Shown: positions 38,956 through 51,579 of the stretch, one piece after another
How positions within the stretch are numbered: position 1 is the first letter of the stretch
Layout of the letters: every line of letters starts with the position of its first letter
DNA from: Chiloscyllium plagiosum
Taxonomy: Eukaryota
Assembly: GCF_004010195.1 (NCBI RefSeq)
Contig: NC_057722.1
Span: 43,036,229-43,100,228, forward strand
Reading direction: 5' to 3'
Length of the DNA: 64,000 nucleotides
Notes under the pieces: model-generated
Database searches by the model: none
The model's input: only the letters and a program-made list of their open reading frames with translations
What the model was told of the DNA's origin: nothing
Translations under genes and position numbers: made by a program

Positions 38956-39552
38956 AAAAGTCTCTCTTATCTGATAAAAGCTTGTTTCACTTGTGGAGCT
39001 TAGCCTGCCTGTTGAACTGTGTTGATTTTGGCTCATGTAAAGTCTTCCGCGGACTGCTTGAATTCTGATAAAGCATCATTCAATGTCCTCAATATGATCA
39101 GTTTTTATGAGCTTATCTGTCACGCTTCCATCGTGTGAATAATCTGAGTCAGGACATGACACTTATGAAAAGAATCAAGTTTCCAATGGTTCCTGGCTGT
39201 ACTGATTGAACTTCATTTGGTCTGTTATGCAGCTGTTCTGCAGCCTGTAATAAGCAGCAAAGACCTTATTGACTATTTCATCTTCAATCTCCTTCCTAGT
39301 CAGAATGGCATTGGCATTGTTATTGATTATTGATCAGGTACACTAACCTGATCCTTGTTGATCTTCTGTGTGAGTTTGGAGTTGGTCCATTATCAACGTT
39401 ATCAATTGATCCAATGCATAGTTTGGTTGAAGAAGCTCTCTTAATGGCTCAGGGACTCCAAGAAGATTTTTCTATTGTTGTGTTTACTTTCAATGAGTAG
39501 TCATGGAATTCATAGTAATGATTAGTTGCTTCTATTATTATTGCAGTCATTT

Positions 39553-39877
39553 TTAGATTAGATTAGATTACTTACAGTGTGGAAACAGGCCCTTCGGCCC
39601 AATAAGTCCACACCGACCTTCCAAAGGAGCAACCCACCCAGACCCATTCCCCTACATTTACCCCTTCACCTAACACTACGGGCAATTTAGCATGGCCAAT
39701 TCACCTAACCTGCACATTTTTGGACTGTGGGAGGAAACCGGAGTACCCGGAGGAAACCCATGCAGACACGGGGAGAATGTGCAAACTCCACACAGACAGT
39801 TGCCTGAGGCAGGAATTGAACCCGGGTCTCTGGCACTGTGAGGCAGCAGTGCTCACCACTGATCCACCATGCCGCCC
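39553..39877 (-). mobile_element. HE1-like V-SINE
   Basis: Full-length match with a (tagat)3 tail. Confidence 0.93.
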
Positions 39878-41689
39878 ATTTTCTCAAATGTTTTCTGCTG
39901 TGCTAATAACCTTCCATTTGCCCCTTTATCAGTGTTGTCTGGGAGCTTTGGTAAACTGCTCATAACCCATTGTTGCCACAAATAAATACTACAATTAGCT
40001 GTGGGATGTTCTGACAGAGGTAGACTGGAAACCTTGCTAGTGTGAACCAATGAACATTTATTAACTATTTCCAGAGATCAGCAGGGATCCATTGGAATCT
40101 TTTTCCCTCAAATCCCAGTTCCAAGTGATCTGACATTATCTGACATCACTGAGTCACTTCAGCTATTAGCTCAACTATTAATTGCACAGACAACTATTTT
40201 TTATCTCAAAAACTAATTGCAGAAGTGTATTCCATTGGCTCAATTGTGCAAAGATGTTTCTCCTGTTCTCTGTTCTAAATGTCTTACAATTAAACTTAGA
40301 ACTTAAATATTGTTACTTTATAAAGAGCGACATAAGGAGTGCATGAACTCCAGCTGTACAAAAGGCTTGCATTAACATCTGAACTTTTAATGATCATTTT
40401 GTCCAAACCAAGAAATAAAATGCAAACTAATTATGGCAGGGTATACCGGCACACTGTTGATTGTCATTAAATTGCTCAAAAAAGGTTTATTTCTCCATTT
40501 TAATAGTGGATCAATCACATGTGAAATCTTCATTGCAAGTTTTAATTTAGGATAATTGGTTTACAATTAAAACAAGCTAGTGACGAACAAAAACCCATGT
40601 TCATCACCTGTGTTGTAGTTGATGGCACAGCAGTCAATAGGATTAATCATTGTCTGCAGCTTGGTTAATGTTTCTTTTGTCTTATTTTGTTTACTTTTTG
40701 CTTCAACATTCTGTATTTTTCTTCCTTTTTCCTTATTTGTTTTACTTCTTGGATACATCTGCTTTTCTCTTGGGAAAATAAAGGAAACAGGAGACCATTA
40801 TGCAAGTCATGCTATCTCGCAACTGCATCTGTTGAAAAAATTACCCCAAAAATGTTTATTCAATATGCCTTCCAATTTCTATTCCAGTTTATAGAAATAT
40901 AAAACAAATACAAGTTTTTTTATAAAATGTTTGTAATTTGGGGCTCCAAACACATAATAGCTAGTGTGAAACTTGATTATTATTGGGATTTAGTTCTCCT
41001 GCTACCAAATGCTGAGAAAACAAAGCCAGCTATTGAAAAACATGAATTCTTTAAAACTGAAAACTTTTTTATCTTAAATATTATAAATCTTGAAAACTGC
41101 ATTCTTACCTGTCATGGTTGCATTGTAAGCATTATTTTCATGTGTCATATACAATTGGTACACCTGACTTCCTCAGTTGACTAGTCTTGACGTGGATATT
41201 AAATTTGGTGACAATCGAGTTCCCTGTGAGGAAGCTTACAACATTGCTCTGGGGTAATAAACCTCTCGCTTCTCATTTCTCAAGCTGGTGGGACCATCAT
41301 TGAAGAGAATTACAAATATATTTATAACATTATAATATTCCCATGAAATCAACAAACTGTCTCTGCATTTAAAATATAACTTGCGTTAATTTGTCATTTG
41401 TAGTGCAAAGCTGGAATGGTGTGAGGCTATCTAAGAGAGGTAATCGCTTTACTGTGCTTGGAAGTTAAAGCGTAAACTAGACTCTGGAGTTATGCTGCTA
41501 TTTTCATTAACATTTCAACAGACAGGTAAATGGTTCAGCCAAAGCAAAGCATGATTTTATATGTTTTGGTCAAGAAAACACACTTTACATCAAAAATTCA
41601 TTTTTGAATCTACTGGCTAAAAAGCTTGAATTAATTTTGTTTTAGGAAATAAACAAAACTCCAGCAATTCAATTTTTAAAAAATACATT

Positions 41690-42016
41690 AATGGTATTTG
41701 GACATCACTGCCCATCGTAAATGCCCAGAGGTCAATTAAGAGTCAATCACATTGATGTGGGTCTGGGGGTCACACGTAGGCTAGACCAGGTAAGAATAGC
41801 AGATTTACTTCCCCAAAGGGCATTGGTGAACCAGATGTTTTTTTTTCTGACAATCAACAATGGATTCATGGTCATTGTTAGACTCTTAATTCCAGATTTG
41901 TAATGAATTCAAATTCCACCATCGACAGTGGCAGAATTCAAAACCAGGATCCCAGAACAGCATATGGATCTCTGGATTAATAGTCCAGTGATAATACCAC
42001 TAGGCCATCATCTCCC
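41690..42016 (-). mobile_element. Deu-domain (SacSINE1-like) tRNA-derived SINE
   Basis: Minus head gggagatgatggcctagtggt (A box) ...ggttttgaattc (B-like), a conserved body and a LINE-B tail. Confidence 0.85.
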
Positions 42017-42139
42017 TGATATTCCAGTGATTTGAACATACCCTCGCATATGAATACACAATTTGTATCTCTGTACTGTCCAAATTCCAGCATCTAACCT
42101 ATCTTCAAAATACAACCAAAGAAGCCTACCAAGTGAATT

Positions 42140-42362
42140 GGAGACAGTAAGGACTGCAAATGTTGGAAACCAGATGTGAAGCTGGAAAAGCACGCAATCA
42201 GACAGCATTCGAGGAGCAGGAAAGTCAATATTTCAGGCCGAAACACTTTGTCAGGACTGGGGAAGGGGAGGCAGCCTGGAAGTATATCGAGGGAATGGGT
42301 GGGGCTGGGGGAAGGGTAGGTGGGATGGTGATAGGTAGATGTCAAGGAGCAGGATAGTCAAC
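42140..42362 (-). mobile_element. Older PLE 3' end with degenerate pLTR and possible 14-bp TSD
   Basis: pLTR homology (ggactgcaaatgttgga...ctggaaaagcac...gaggagcagga). Flanks are gcctaccaagtgaa (42124-42137) and gcctatgaagtgaa (42366-42379). Confidence 0.75.
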
Positions 42363-44599
42363 TAGGCCTATGAAGTGAAAGCACCTGGACTGTTGAATGC
42401 AGCCTCAAGCCAGCCATAATTTGTACACCCCTTTAATTCTGCCTATTTCTTACTTGCTAAATCCATCCCTCCCCACTCTAATGTAATTGCATTTTTGGAA
42501 AAATTAGAGCATAAATATTTTACTTAAAATCAAGGTAGGTGTTTACCTTTGTTAAAATCCAAGAAAATTTGTCAGATTGTGCACTTTATGATTGCAGCAT
42601 ATAAATAGTTAAAACACTTGTTGAATTAGTAAGTAAATCCATTTTTTTTGCAAAGAAACCTCCTTGTTGTAGTCAAACAAAAAGAGACAAAGCAGGAAGG
42701 TTGGTCGATTCTTCCTCACCTTGTGCATAACAGTTCCTCGAGGCTAACATTGACTTTTGCATGGATGGTCAATTGTGATCCACTAGTCCACATTGTAGTT
42801 CAATAGTTACCATCTCTACAAGCAAGGTAAGTCATTCTCAGGTTTAAAATGGGATTTACTTAGTGATTCAATAATAAAAGAATGTTTCTGTCAACAGCTT
42901 TTCTGACTCCTGAAAAGAATGCATACAAAATTATAAAATACCCATTATATCTTATTTGTCACACACTAGACCAAACCCTTTTCTGGCAATTCATTTTTCA
43001 TGGTCCCAAAAATTCCAGAACTATCTTATTTTCCCCCACAGCTTTTCATTATTCATTTTCGTACTTACATAAATAACTCAATGCTTTTCCCTCTCCTTTC
43101 AAAAAAAAGAACATAATATTAATTGATTCAACTGAGTTTATTTCACGTATCTATCTCTCTGAAAGGGGAAAACTGTAATCTCCCATAGTGTCAGTTCATT
43201 TAACACTCATCTTCTTGCATGGTGCTCAGGTCCAAGTTAAACACATACGCTACTCATTCTTCTTAAACATTCTTTAACAGTTTGGTCACGTCTTGCTCAA
43301 TCTTTAATGAAAAATATTCCATCCTCAATAATATTAAAACCTGGTGGTCACATTGGTCCTGTGCCAGGCCACTGGACTGAATTATTCATGTTTGGAAATG
43401 TTTGGCACCCTATGGCGACCCTTGGTAAGTAGGGAGTGGCATAGGATTGGTGCTGAACAAGGAAAAGCCTGGTCCTACTATTGAAAAAGGAAAACATGAA
43501 AGCAGAAAAATAGCAAATACGAGAATATAAAAACAGATTTACAGAAACATGAAATCTCTTCAGAAGTTGCAACTACAGAATTTCTATTTGTAAGAAAATC
43601 ATAAGGTATGCTTACATATAAATTCTAGTATATTGCAGATTAAAGTAGGAAATCACTGTACATTATTGAAGAAGAAAGTTTATGCAAAGAATTCCCTCGT
43701 AAGCTGATCTTATTAGTTACTTTACACAGAATATTTAAACAGGAAATTCTCACCACAACCACAGAACGCTCTCATTAATTCCAGATTTTAAACTGTTGCC
43801 CTGTTGTCTGAGGCACGATTCAAACAACGTGAAATTAATCTACTCCAGAGGTGTAATTGTTTCAAGGATGTTGCAATCAAGTAACTTGTTCACTGTGTTT
43901 TGTTATTTGGAGAACAACTGAAGCAACAAAACAGGGCCAAATATTACAGTTGTTTCTCAAGTATATGATTGGTGCTTTCTTTATCATCTAACAGGTCAAA
44001 CAAATTACAGCTAGTGTAGCTGGGGGAACCATATCCTAAACTTCCATTACCATTGGTTCACAGCTGCAGAGTGATGAAATAAATATGCAATGATTTGCTA
44101 AAAGGTGGAAACGTTTGGTTTATAAGAAATATGAGGTTAACAGAGCAGACAATTCTTTTTTTGTGTGTCTAGTCCCTTTCAAAGAAAAGGTTGACACAGA
44201 AACAATGCAGAACAGCAGATCACACACAGTGCTCACCCCCTGTACTGGCAAAGCTGACACAGTCAGTGGGAGATCTTCAATCTTCATAGATTAGACCACA
44301 ATCTTGGCGTAGGCCCAGGTTGTGATTTTTTACTGTTTTGATATACGTTTTGCCAAAGATGAAAGGGCAGGAATCCAAAGTAATGGAAAAGTTCAGTCCC
44401 AATCTCCATGTTGTTGGTTAGAGAGTTGGAAGTGAAATTGTTGGAAGTGAAGTGGCTTTGTGGATGATTGCCCAATTGAAATCTTCAAAACATCTCTCCA
44501 AGAGAATATAGGAGTACATCTTTTCTGGTGCATGAAGCACAAGATTTAAAAATCCACAAACCTCCAACAACATAGCTTGAATTAGAAAAGAGGGAATAC

Positions 44600-46250
44600 A
44601 AGCCACTAGGGAGTAAATTCAGTAGCAGAACTTCATAGACACTAATACAGGATTGCTACCTGAGTCATGATCAAATTGGCATTGAGCACATAATATTAGA
44701 GAGTTAATTAAATGGTTAAATATTGGTGTAGAAGAAGGGGGTTTTGATTTGTGGGACACTGGCACCAATACTGGGAAAATTTGGATCCATACCATTTGGA
44801 TTGTCTTCATTTGAAACATGCTGAGAAAGTGTTCTAGTGAGGTGGATATCTATAGAGGCATTGAAAGGCAAACTAAATAATAGAGCAGAAGTATCAAGTT
44901 TGGGCATGTGATAAATTGAACACAGAAAATAATGTAAAAGAGCACAGTAGCAATATGAGAAATAATGATCAGAATGTGGCAGGGAGTAACAGAATGTGCA
45001 ACTCTAAGACTGCTGCAACAGAAAATAAGACAAAATAAGAAATAAGGCCCAGTATCTGAATACACAATGCACTTGTGAGAAAACAGATGAATTAACAGCA
45101 CAAATAGAAATAAATAAACATGATATGATAACCATTACAAAGATATTGTTGTAAGCAGCCAAAGATGAATATTTTAAAGTACATAATATGTAGAATGGAT
45201 TGGAAGCTTAGAAAGAGATAAGGTAGCTCTATTAATTAAGGACAATAGAGAAAGGACTTTAAGTTCTGGTGTAGAATCAGTTGTTTTAGAGATGAGAAAT
45301 AACACAAATTGGGAGTTTCTGGTGGGAAGGGTATATAGGCTTCTAAGCTAACCAGGGAGAAATAATAGAACCTTGTAAGAAATGTAAGGCAATGATCATG
45401 ATAATTTTAATTTACATAAAGGGTGAACAAGTTAGATCACCAAAAGTATCCTGAATGATAAGTTCATGGAATGTTTTCATGTTAGTTTCCTAAAACAGCA
45501 CTGTGAACTAGAAAGCAGCCCATAGAAGATTGGATAATTGAAATGAAGCAGATTTATTAATGACTTAATAGTGAAGCCACCCTGAGGACACAATTTGAGG
45601 GAAAGAGCAGTGAATCTGAGAATAATGCTTTAACATGAATAAGAACAATTGTAAATTATGAGGGCATGAAGACACAGCCAACTGTTGTGAACTGAGAAAT
45701 TAGGTTATGGGACAGGCCAATAGAGTTGTGGTGGCCGATGTTAGAAGTATTCTAGAATACTCACAGAGTGTTTTTCTTTAGTTTTCCTACAGTGTGGAAA
45801 CAGGCCCTTCAGCTCAACATGTCCACACCAACCCTCTGAAGAGTAACCCACCCAGACCCATTTCCTTCTGACTAATGCACCTAACACTATGGGCAATTTA
45901 GCATGGCCAATTCACCTGACCTGCACATCTTTGGACTGTGGGAGGAAACCGGAGCACCCAGAGGAAACCCACGCAAACATGGGGAGAATGTGCAAATTCT
46001 ACACTGACAGTCACCCAAGGCTAGAATCGAACTTGGGACCCTGGTGCTGTGAGGCAGCAGTGCTAACAACTGAGCTACCGTGCCAAAATGCACAGAAGGA
46101 AGAAATGTACCATCTGTGGCTAACTAAGAGGGAAAAGATAGTGTTGATAGCTGAAAGAGAAAAAGTATATAATTCTAACAAGATGAGTAGTAAATCCAAA
46201 AACTGGATGTAAATAAAATGCATGGAAAAATGTGGTTATGCAGCTTTAAC
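44600..46250 (+). mobile_element. Highly decayed CR1 (ORF1 end and APE region), interrupted by a SINE
   Basis: WCRRRGF*FVGHWHQYW..., YLNT...KTDELTAQIEINKHDMITIT. Confidence 0.65.
45779..46085 (-). mobile_element. HE1-like V-SINE
   Basis: SINE consensus match. Confidence 0.92.
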
Positions 46251-46310
46251 ATCAGGATTCATAAGAAACAGAGTTGTTGTTAGAATGACTGATGAGCCTT
46301 TGTCAAATGT

Positions 46311-47367
46311 CATAGAATCATAGAGATGAACAGCATGGAAACAGACCCTTTGGTCCAACTAGTCCATGCCGACCAGATGTCCCAACCTAATCTAGTCCCA
46401 TTTGCCAGCATTTGACACGTAGCCCTCTAAACCCTTCCTATTCTTATACCCATCCAAAAACCTTTTAAATGTTGCAATTGTATGAGCCTCCATTACTTCC
46501 TCTGGCAGCTCATTCCATACATGCACCACCCTCTGCATGAAAATGTTGCCCCTTAGGTCTCTTTTATATCTTTCCCCTCTCACCATAAACCTATGCCCTC
46601 TGGTTCTGGACTCCTTGACCCCAGGGAAAAGACCTTGTCTATTTATCCTATCCATGCCCCTCATGATTTCATAAACCTCTATGAGGTCCCCCCTCAGCCT
46701 TCGACACTCCAGGGAAAACAGCCCCAGCTTATTCAACTTCTCCCTATAGCTCAAAACCTCCAACCCTGGCAACATCCTTCTAAATCTTTTCTGAACCCTT
46801 TCAAGTTTCACAATCTACCTCTGATAGGAAGGAGACCAGAATTGCATGCAATATTCCAACAGTGGCCTAACCAATGTCCCGTACAGTCACAACATGACCT
46901 CAACTCCCGTACTCAATGCTCTAACCAATAAAAGAAAGCATACCAAATGCCTTCTTCCTATCTCCCTGTGACTCTACTTTCAAGGAGCTATGAACTTGCA
47001 CTCTAAGGTGTCTTTGTTCAGCAACACTCTCCAGGACCTTATCATTAAGTAGAAGTCCTGCTAAGATTTGCTTTCCCAAAATGCAGCATCTCAAATTTAT
47101 CTAAATTAAACTCCATCTGCCACTCCTCAGCCCATTGGCCTATCTGATCAAAATCCCATTGTAATCGGAGGTAACATTCTTCACTGTCCACTACACTTTC
47201 AATTTTGGTGTCATTTGCAAACTTACTAACTGTACCTCTTGTGTTCACATCCAAATCATTTATATAAATGACAAAAAGTAATGGAACCAGCACTGATCCT
47301 TGTGGCACACCACTGGTCACAGGCCTCCAGTCTGAAAAACAACCCTCCACCACCACCCTCTGTCTTC
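46311..47367 (-). mobile_element. 5'-truncated CR1 LINE
   Basis: VTSGVPQGSVLVPLLFVIYINDLD...SKFANDTKI, and KLERVQKRF...QRVVHVWNELP. Confidence 0.95.
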
Positions 47368-48451
47368 TGGATCTGACTTTGGAGAAAGCTCTACAGATGT
47401 TGAGTGAAGCAAAAATCTGGAAGAAACCCAGACCAATCCTCAAAAGGAGAAAACTATCCTTATCACAACAAATCTGTTAACGCTATTTGGTTTTGAAGGT
47501 CCGTATACCCTGAAGACCAATGGGAGAAGCAAGCACAGAATAGGCCATATAGCTGAAAACATGAGTCAGCGTCAGTACTGTGGACTCAGCAAATCTCATG
47601 GACACAAGCAGTATCCAGCTATTCTAAAATAACTGCTAGATCAGTAAAATAATAGGTCACTTCTAGAAAATGTGAAGAAGTAGAACATAATTACAAAGAA
47701 GCAAAAGGTCAAATAGATATTTGCACAAATATGCTAATAAGATATCACATAATACAGAAGAAGAGAAATCTCATGTATTTCAATGAGAAATTCGTGATGT
47801 AACCAGATCATTTGGACAAGAAACGTTTTGTCAATGGACAACCCATTAATTTTAGGTTTGATACTTGGGGAGTGTCACTATATTATCACATTCTATATCA
47901 CAGGTGAAGAAACACTATTTACATCCTACAACATTGCAGCTACATGGTCCAGAGGTACATCATTTTATGATTAAAGATATACTATAAACATTCAAGCTTT
48001 TTAATTCTTCAGTATCTCAATGTTTGGAAGGGAAATGACTGGGTCTAAGACTTGTACTTTAAAATTAAAGAAGGTTGAATATGACTTCATGAATGCTGAG
48101 CTAGCTACTGAACTAGAATACTATGCTAGGTGATAAATCAATACAGAACAATTAGCTGATAATTAAAGGAGGTACTTCAGAAAGTTCAAAAATATATACT
48201 CCTACATCAAGGGAAAAAATCCGAGACGAGAACCTACCATCCATGATTAACAAATGAAGTTAAGGAAAGCATGAACATAGAGAAAAAAAATGATTGTTAA
48301 AAGGTGAATAGCAAGTCAGATGGTTAAGGCAGAGAATGGTAGAGAATGAAAGATTAATCAGGAGAAAATGGAGTTTGAGAAGCTGACTAGAAATATAAAA
48401 ACAAATATAATTTCTATCGGAATTTAAAAAAAGGAAAGAATGAGTAAATAA

Positions 48452-48565
48452 AACAAAGAATTGTGGATACTAGAGATGCTGGAGAAAGTCAACAGATCTG
48501 GTGGCATCTGTGGAGAGGGAGAAATAGAGTAAAAGGTTCAACTTCTTTGGCTTTTCTTCAAAACT
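48452..48565 (-). mobile_element. Old PLE pLTR remnant
   Basis: aacaaagaattgtggatactagagatgctggagaaa...cagatctggtggcatctgtggagaggg, same family as 5354-5457. Confidence 0.6.
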
Positions 48566-48954
48566 CAACTTGAAAGAAAACTAAACCGTGTGTTGGAACT
48601 CGAGAGAGTGAGAATGGGGAGGTAATTATAGATAATATGGTAATGAAGAAATAAACAAATATACTGAGCTAAATTTTATGGTTTGTTTTTGCTAAGGTAG
48701 ACTTTCACCATGTGATTTGGAGGGATTACTGATGTGAGGCCTAGCAAGTTTTCTTGCCAAATCTTACTGCATTAACTACCTATGCCGCCGTATGGCATTC
48801 ATCACATCTGACCCATCTTACCACATGGCATTCACAAAACCACTCACCGGATATCAGCTGACAGGTTGGCATTTCTTGTATCCACATGATCTTTGAAGGG
48901 CCTGGACACACCAAGACCAGCGTTGGCAATCAGGTGATGCTTACAATACCTTTC

Positions 48955-49308
48955 TGGGTGACATGGTGACTCAGAGGTTAGCATTGCTGCCTCACAGTGC
49001 CTGGGACCTGGGTTCAATCCCAGCCTCGGGTGACTGCCTGTGTGGAGTTTGCACATTCTCCCTGTGTCTACATGGGTTTTTTCTGGGTACTCCGGTTTCC
49101 TCCAACAGTCCAAAGATGTGCAGGTTAGGTGAATTGACCTAGCTATATTGCCCATAATGTTCAGGAATTTGTAGGTTAGGTGCATTAGTCAGGGGTAAGT
49201 GTAGAATAATAAGGTAGGGTAATGGATCAGGGTGGGTTACTCTTCAGAGGTTCCATGTGGACTTGTTGGGCCGAATGGCCTGTTTCCACACTGTAGGGAT
49301 TCTATGAA
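48955..49308 (+). mobile_element. HE1-like V-SINE
   Basis: A/B boxes, V-domain and CR1-like tail. Confidence 0.92.
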
Positions 49309-49839
49309 TCCTTCATTGTCAATATCATGGTATGGCAGCTATGAAGGACATAGTCAGCATGGCTGGCACTCCTTCACACATACAGCCTCTCCTACTGTCA
49401 CTCTCCTCACTATTTAACCATGATGCCTTTTGTTACATTCTGATTGAACACCCTTTCTAAATCAGTACTATCCTCTTCTCACCACTCACTGTAGACTTGC
49501 ACCTTATCATTATCCAGCAGGGGTATATTACACAAGCAAGCAATTGGACAAATCTAAACGTGTGAAGAGGAACACAAACAAAACGAACTAAAGCTGACGT
49601 TCACCCTGATAATATAAATCAAGTTTCAGCATTGTGATTGATGAATATTTTATGGTCCATAATAGGCTGCCTCATCCAGCTGTCATCTGTGAGAAGCCTG
49701 TGTTATTGAGGTTCTATTTTATTTGTTGTGCCCAAACAGTGGAGTTCTGTCATTGATGACTGCTTCCTCCTGCACAATAGCCTCATGCTCCTTCTCGGGA
49801 AACCGATATCATTCTCCCAGTACCCAGCATCCTGCACAT

Positions 49840-50560
49840 TGCCTTATTGCCTGCTTCAATTGTGCAGAGCATAGCACATCAGGATGCTGTTGCCCAGTCT
49901 GTGAGAACTTTATTGCAAACCCCACTCTTTTCTGTCCAATCAGCAGAACTGTGCCTTCAGCAGCCCTGTTGTCTGCTCCATCGTGAATCAGGTCATGGCA
50001 TGGAGACTGTTAAATCTGCACTCTGCATCAGTGATGGGGCTACACAATGGTCCAAAGAGCCATCATTGCTGAGGATATGCCTTGTCTCCCACTAAGACTT
50101 AGGCACCTTCAAACAGACCAGATACACGAGAGCGATCCTGGATGTAGGAGCTGCCAAGGTAGCAGGCAACTCTTCCAGAAAATGGGAACAATGATCATAG
50201 ATCACTTGGACATTAAAGGAAGGGAATCCTTTACGATTGATGAGCTGTGCAGTATCATGACACAATTACCTCAGTGTCATGGTTGTTAGGTCAATGGCAC
50301 TCTGCACCTAGGGAATGTTAACCATGTTTGTAAATCCTATAACCCAGGATGTAGCATTGATGTCGACACGGGGACACTTCATATAGATAGAGCTGTCATT
50401 TTCACAGCCTTTGGATAAGGATAACCTCTCACTCCTGCTGCACAGGATCTGGCATAGTTCTGGCACCATGTCCCAGGACAAACAGAGTCTATATCGACAG
50501 TGAACCTTGCTCATCCCCAGGGAATGAAGAAGGACCAACAACACTCTGGACCTACTGCAC
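49840..50560 (-). pseudogene. Decayed PIF/Harbinger DDE transposase
   Basis: Manual translation with stops and frameshifts gives IP*VQSAIDLT...LINRKGFPSFNVQVIYDH...YLGSS...LVGDKAYPQQ*WL...AECRFNSLH...MEQTTGLLKAQFC*LD...CYALHN, matching HARBI1-type motifs in order. Confidence 0.85.
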
Positions 50561-50889
50561 ACCCAATGCATCTTGAGGGGCCTTGCAGCAGTTACCTTTC
50601 TCTCCTCTTAGATATCAGAAAAGTCAAAAGTGGCATTCCCTGCAGCTGAGGGTTGAGCATGTTTCTCCATACAGGGGGATAATGAGGGATATATCCCGAG
50701 TATTCATCCACATTTAGGCTCAGCCTCTTCAGAAACTTAGTGAAGGTTCTGTATGGGCTGTGTGACCACCTCATATCATTGAGAAGGGAATGCCTCAGCA
50801 CTCAGACACCCTTCCAATCCCACAGACATACTAGACATTCAACTTCTCACTGCATTCAATACATTTACGTGGCAGGTGAGGAAGCAAGA

Positions 50890-51579
50890 TGTAATGATGT
50901 GTGCCTTTAAGAGGGATTGGTCTGTCCTGGTTCTGTTGAAGTGACGTGTTGTAAACCTAATGCCTACGTGGGGGGAATGCTCCTTGGAAAACACAATAAA
51001 TAGCTTTGTTTCTTTTTATTAGGCAAAAGAAGCATGAGAGGTAGAGTCAGGCTCACACAGAGCCAAGGTTGTATTTTAGCTTTCAGTTTTTGAAGTGGGG
51101 ATTTTGGATTTGAAGTGGGGTTTTTTATGTTGAAGCTGCTAAATACAGCTCGCTCTCTGCTCATGCAAAAAAAAATAAAATTGTGTTCTCTTTTTGCTGT
51201 GAGATTCATTCTGTCATTACTCCTTCTCCTGGACTTGAGTAGAGAGCAAGTAAGGGAAATCCGCTTTGGCAAATTTGCCTTTGCCAAGGGTGTTAAGAGG
51301 ATGCTGCTATATTGGAACAATTGATGAGTAGCAGTTAAAAGATACATTATTTTGTTAAGTATTTTGATGAACTTAAAGGTTATGCCAATTCTTCTTTTAT
51401 TGTTTGCCCTTTAACCGTGGTGTAGGAATAAAGTGTGGCTTTGCTTAAAGCCAAATAGTTTGACCAATCAAATCACATCTGGAACGCAGGACCTTACTCC
51501 TGCCACGAAATTAGTTAAAAGTTAGGGTTGAGGCTATCTCATTGATATGTTTTGAAGGGATTTGGTCTGGTCCATAATG
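50890..51579 (+). mobile_element. Probable solo LTR
   Basis: Starts TGTAATGATG...cctttaag, has AATAAA at 51427-51432 and ends ...ggtccataatg (possibly a decayed ...ACA). No clean TSD. Confidence 0.55.

Noticed and set aside
38632-43412. TAGGGTTGCCA-like hAT termini at about 38633 and 43402
   Set aside because: Both are degenerate and 4.8 kb apart, with no TSD and no transposase between them.
19581-49185. Recurrent ORFs MDCGRKPEHPEETHADTGRMCKLH... and tRNA-like heads
   Set aside because: These are translations and heads of HE1-like SINEs, not genes or functional tRNAs.
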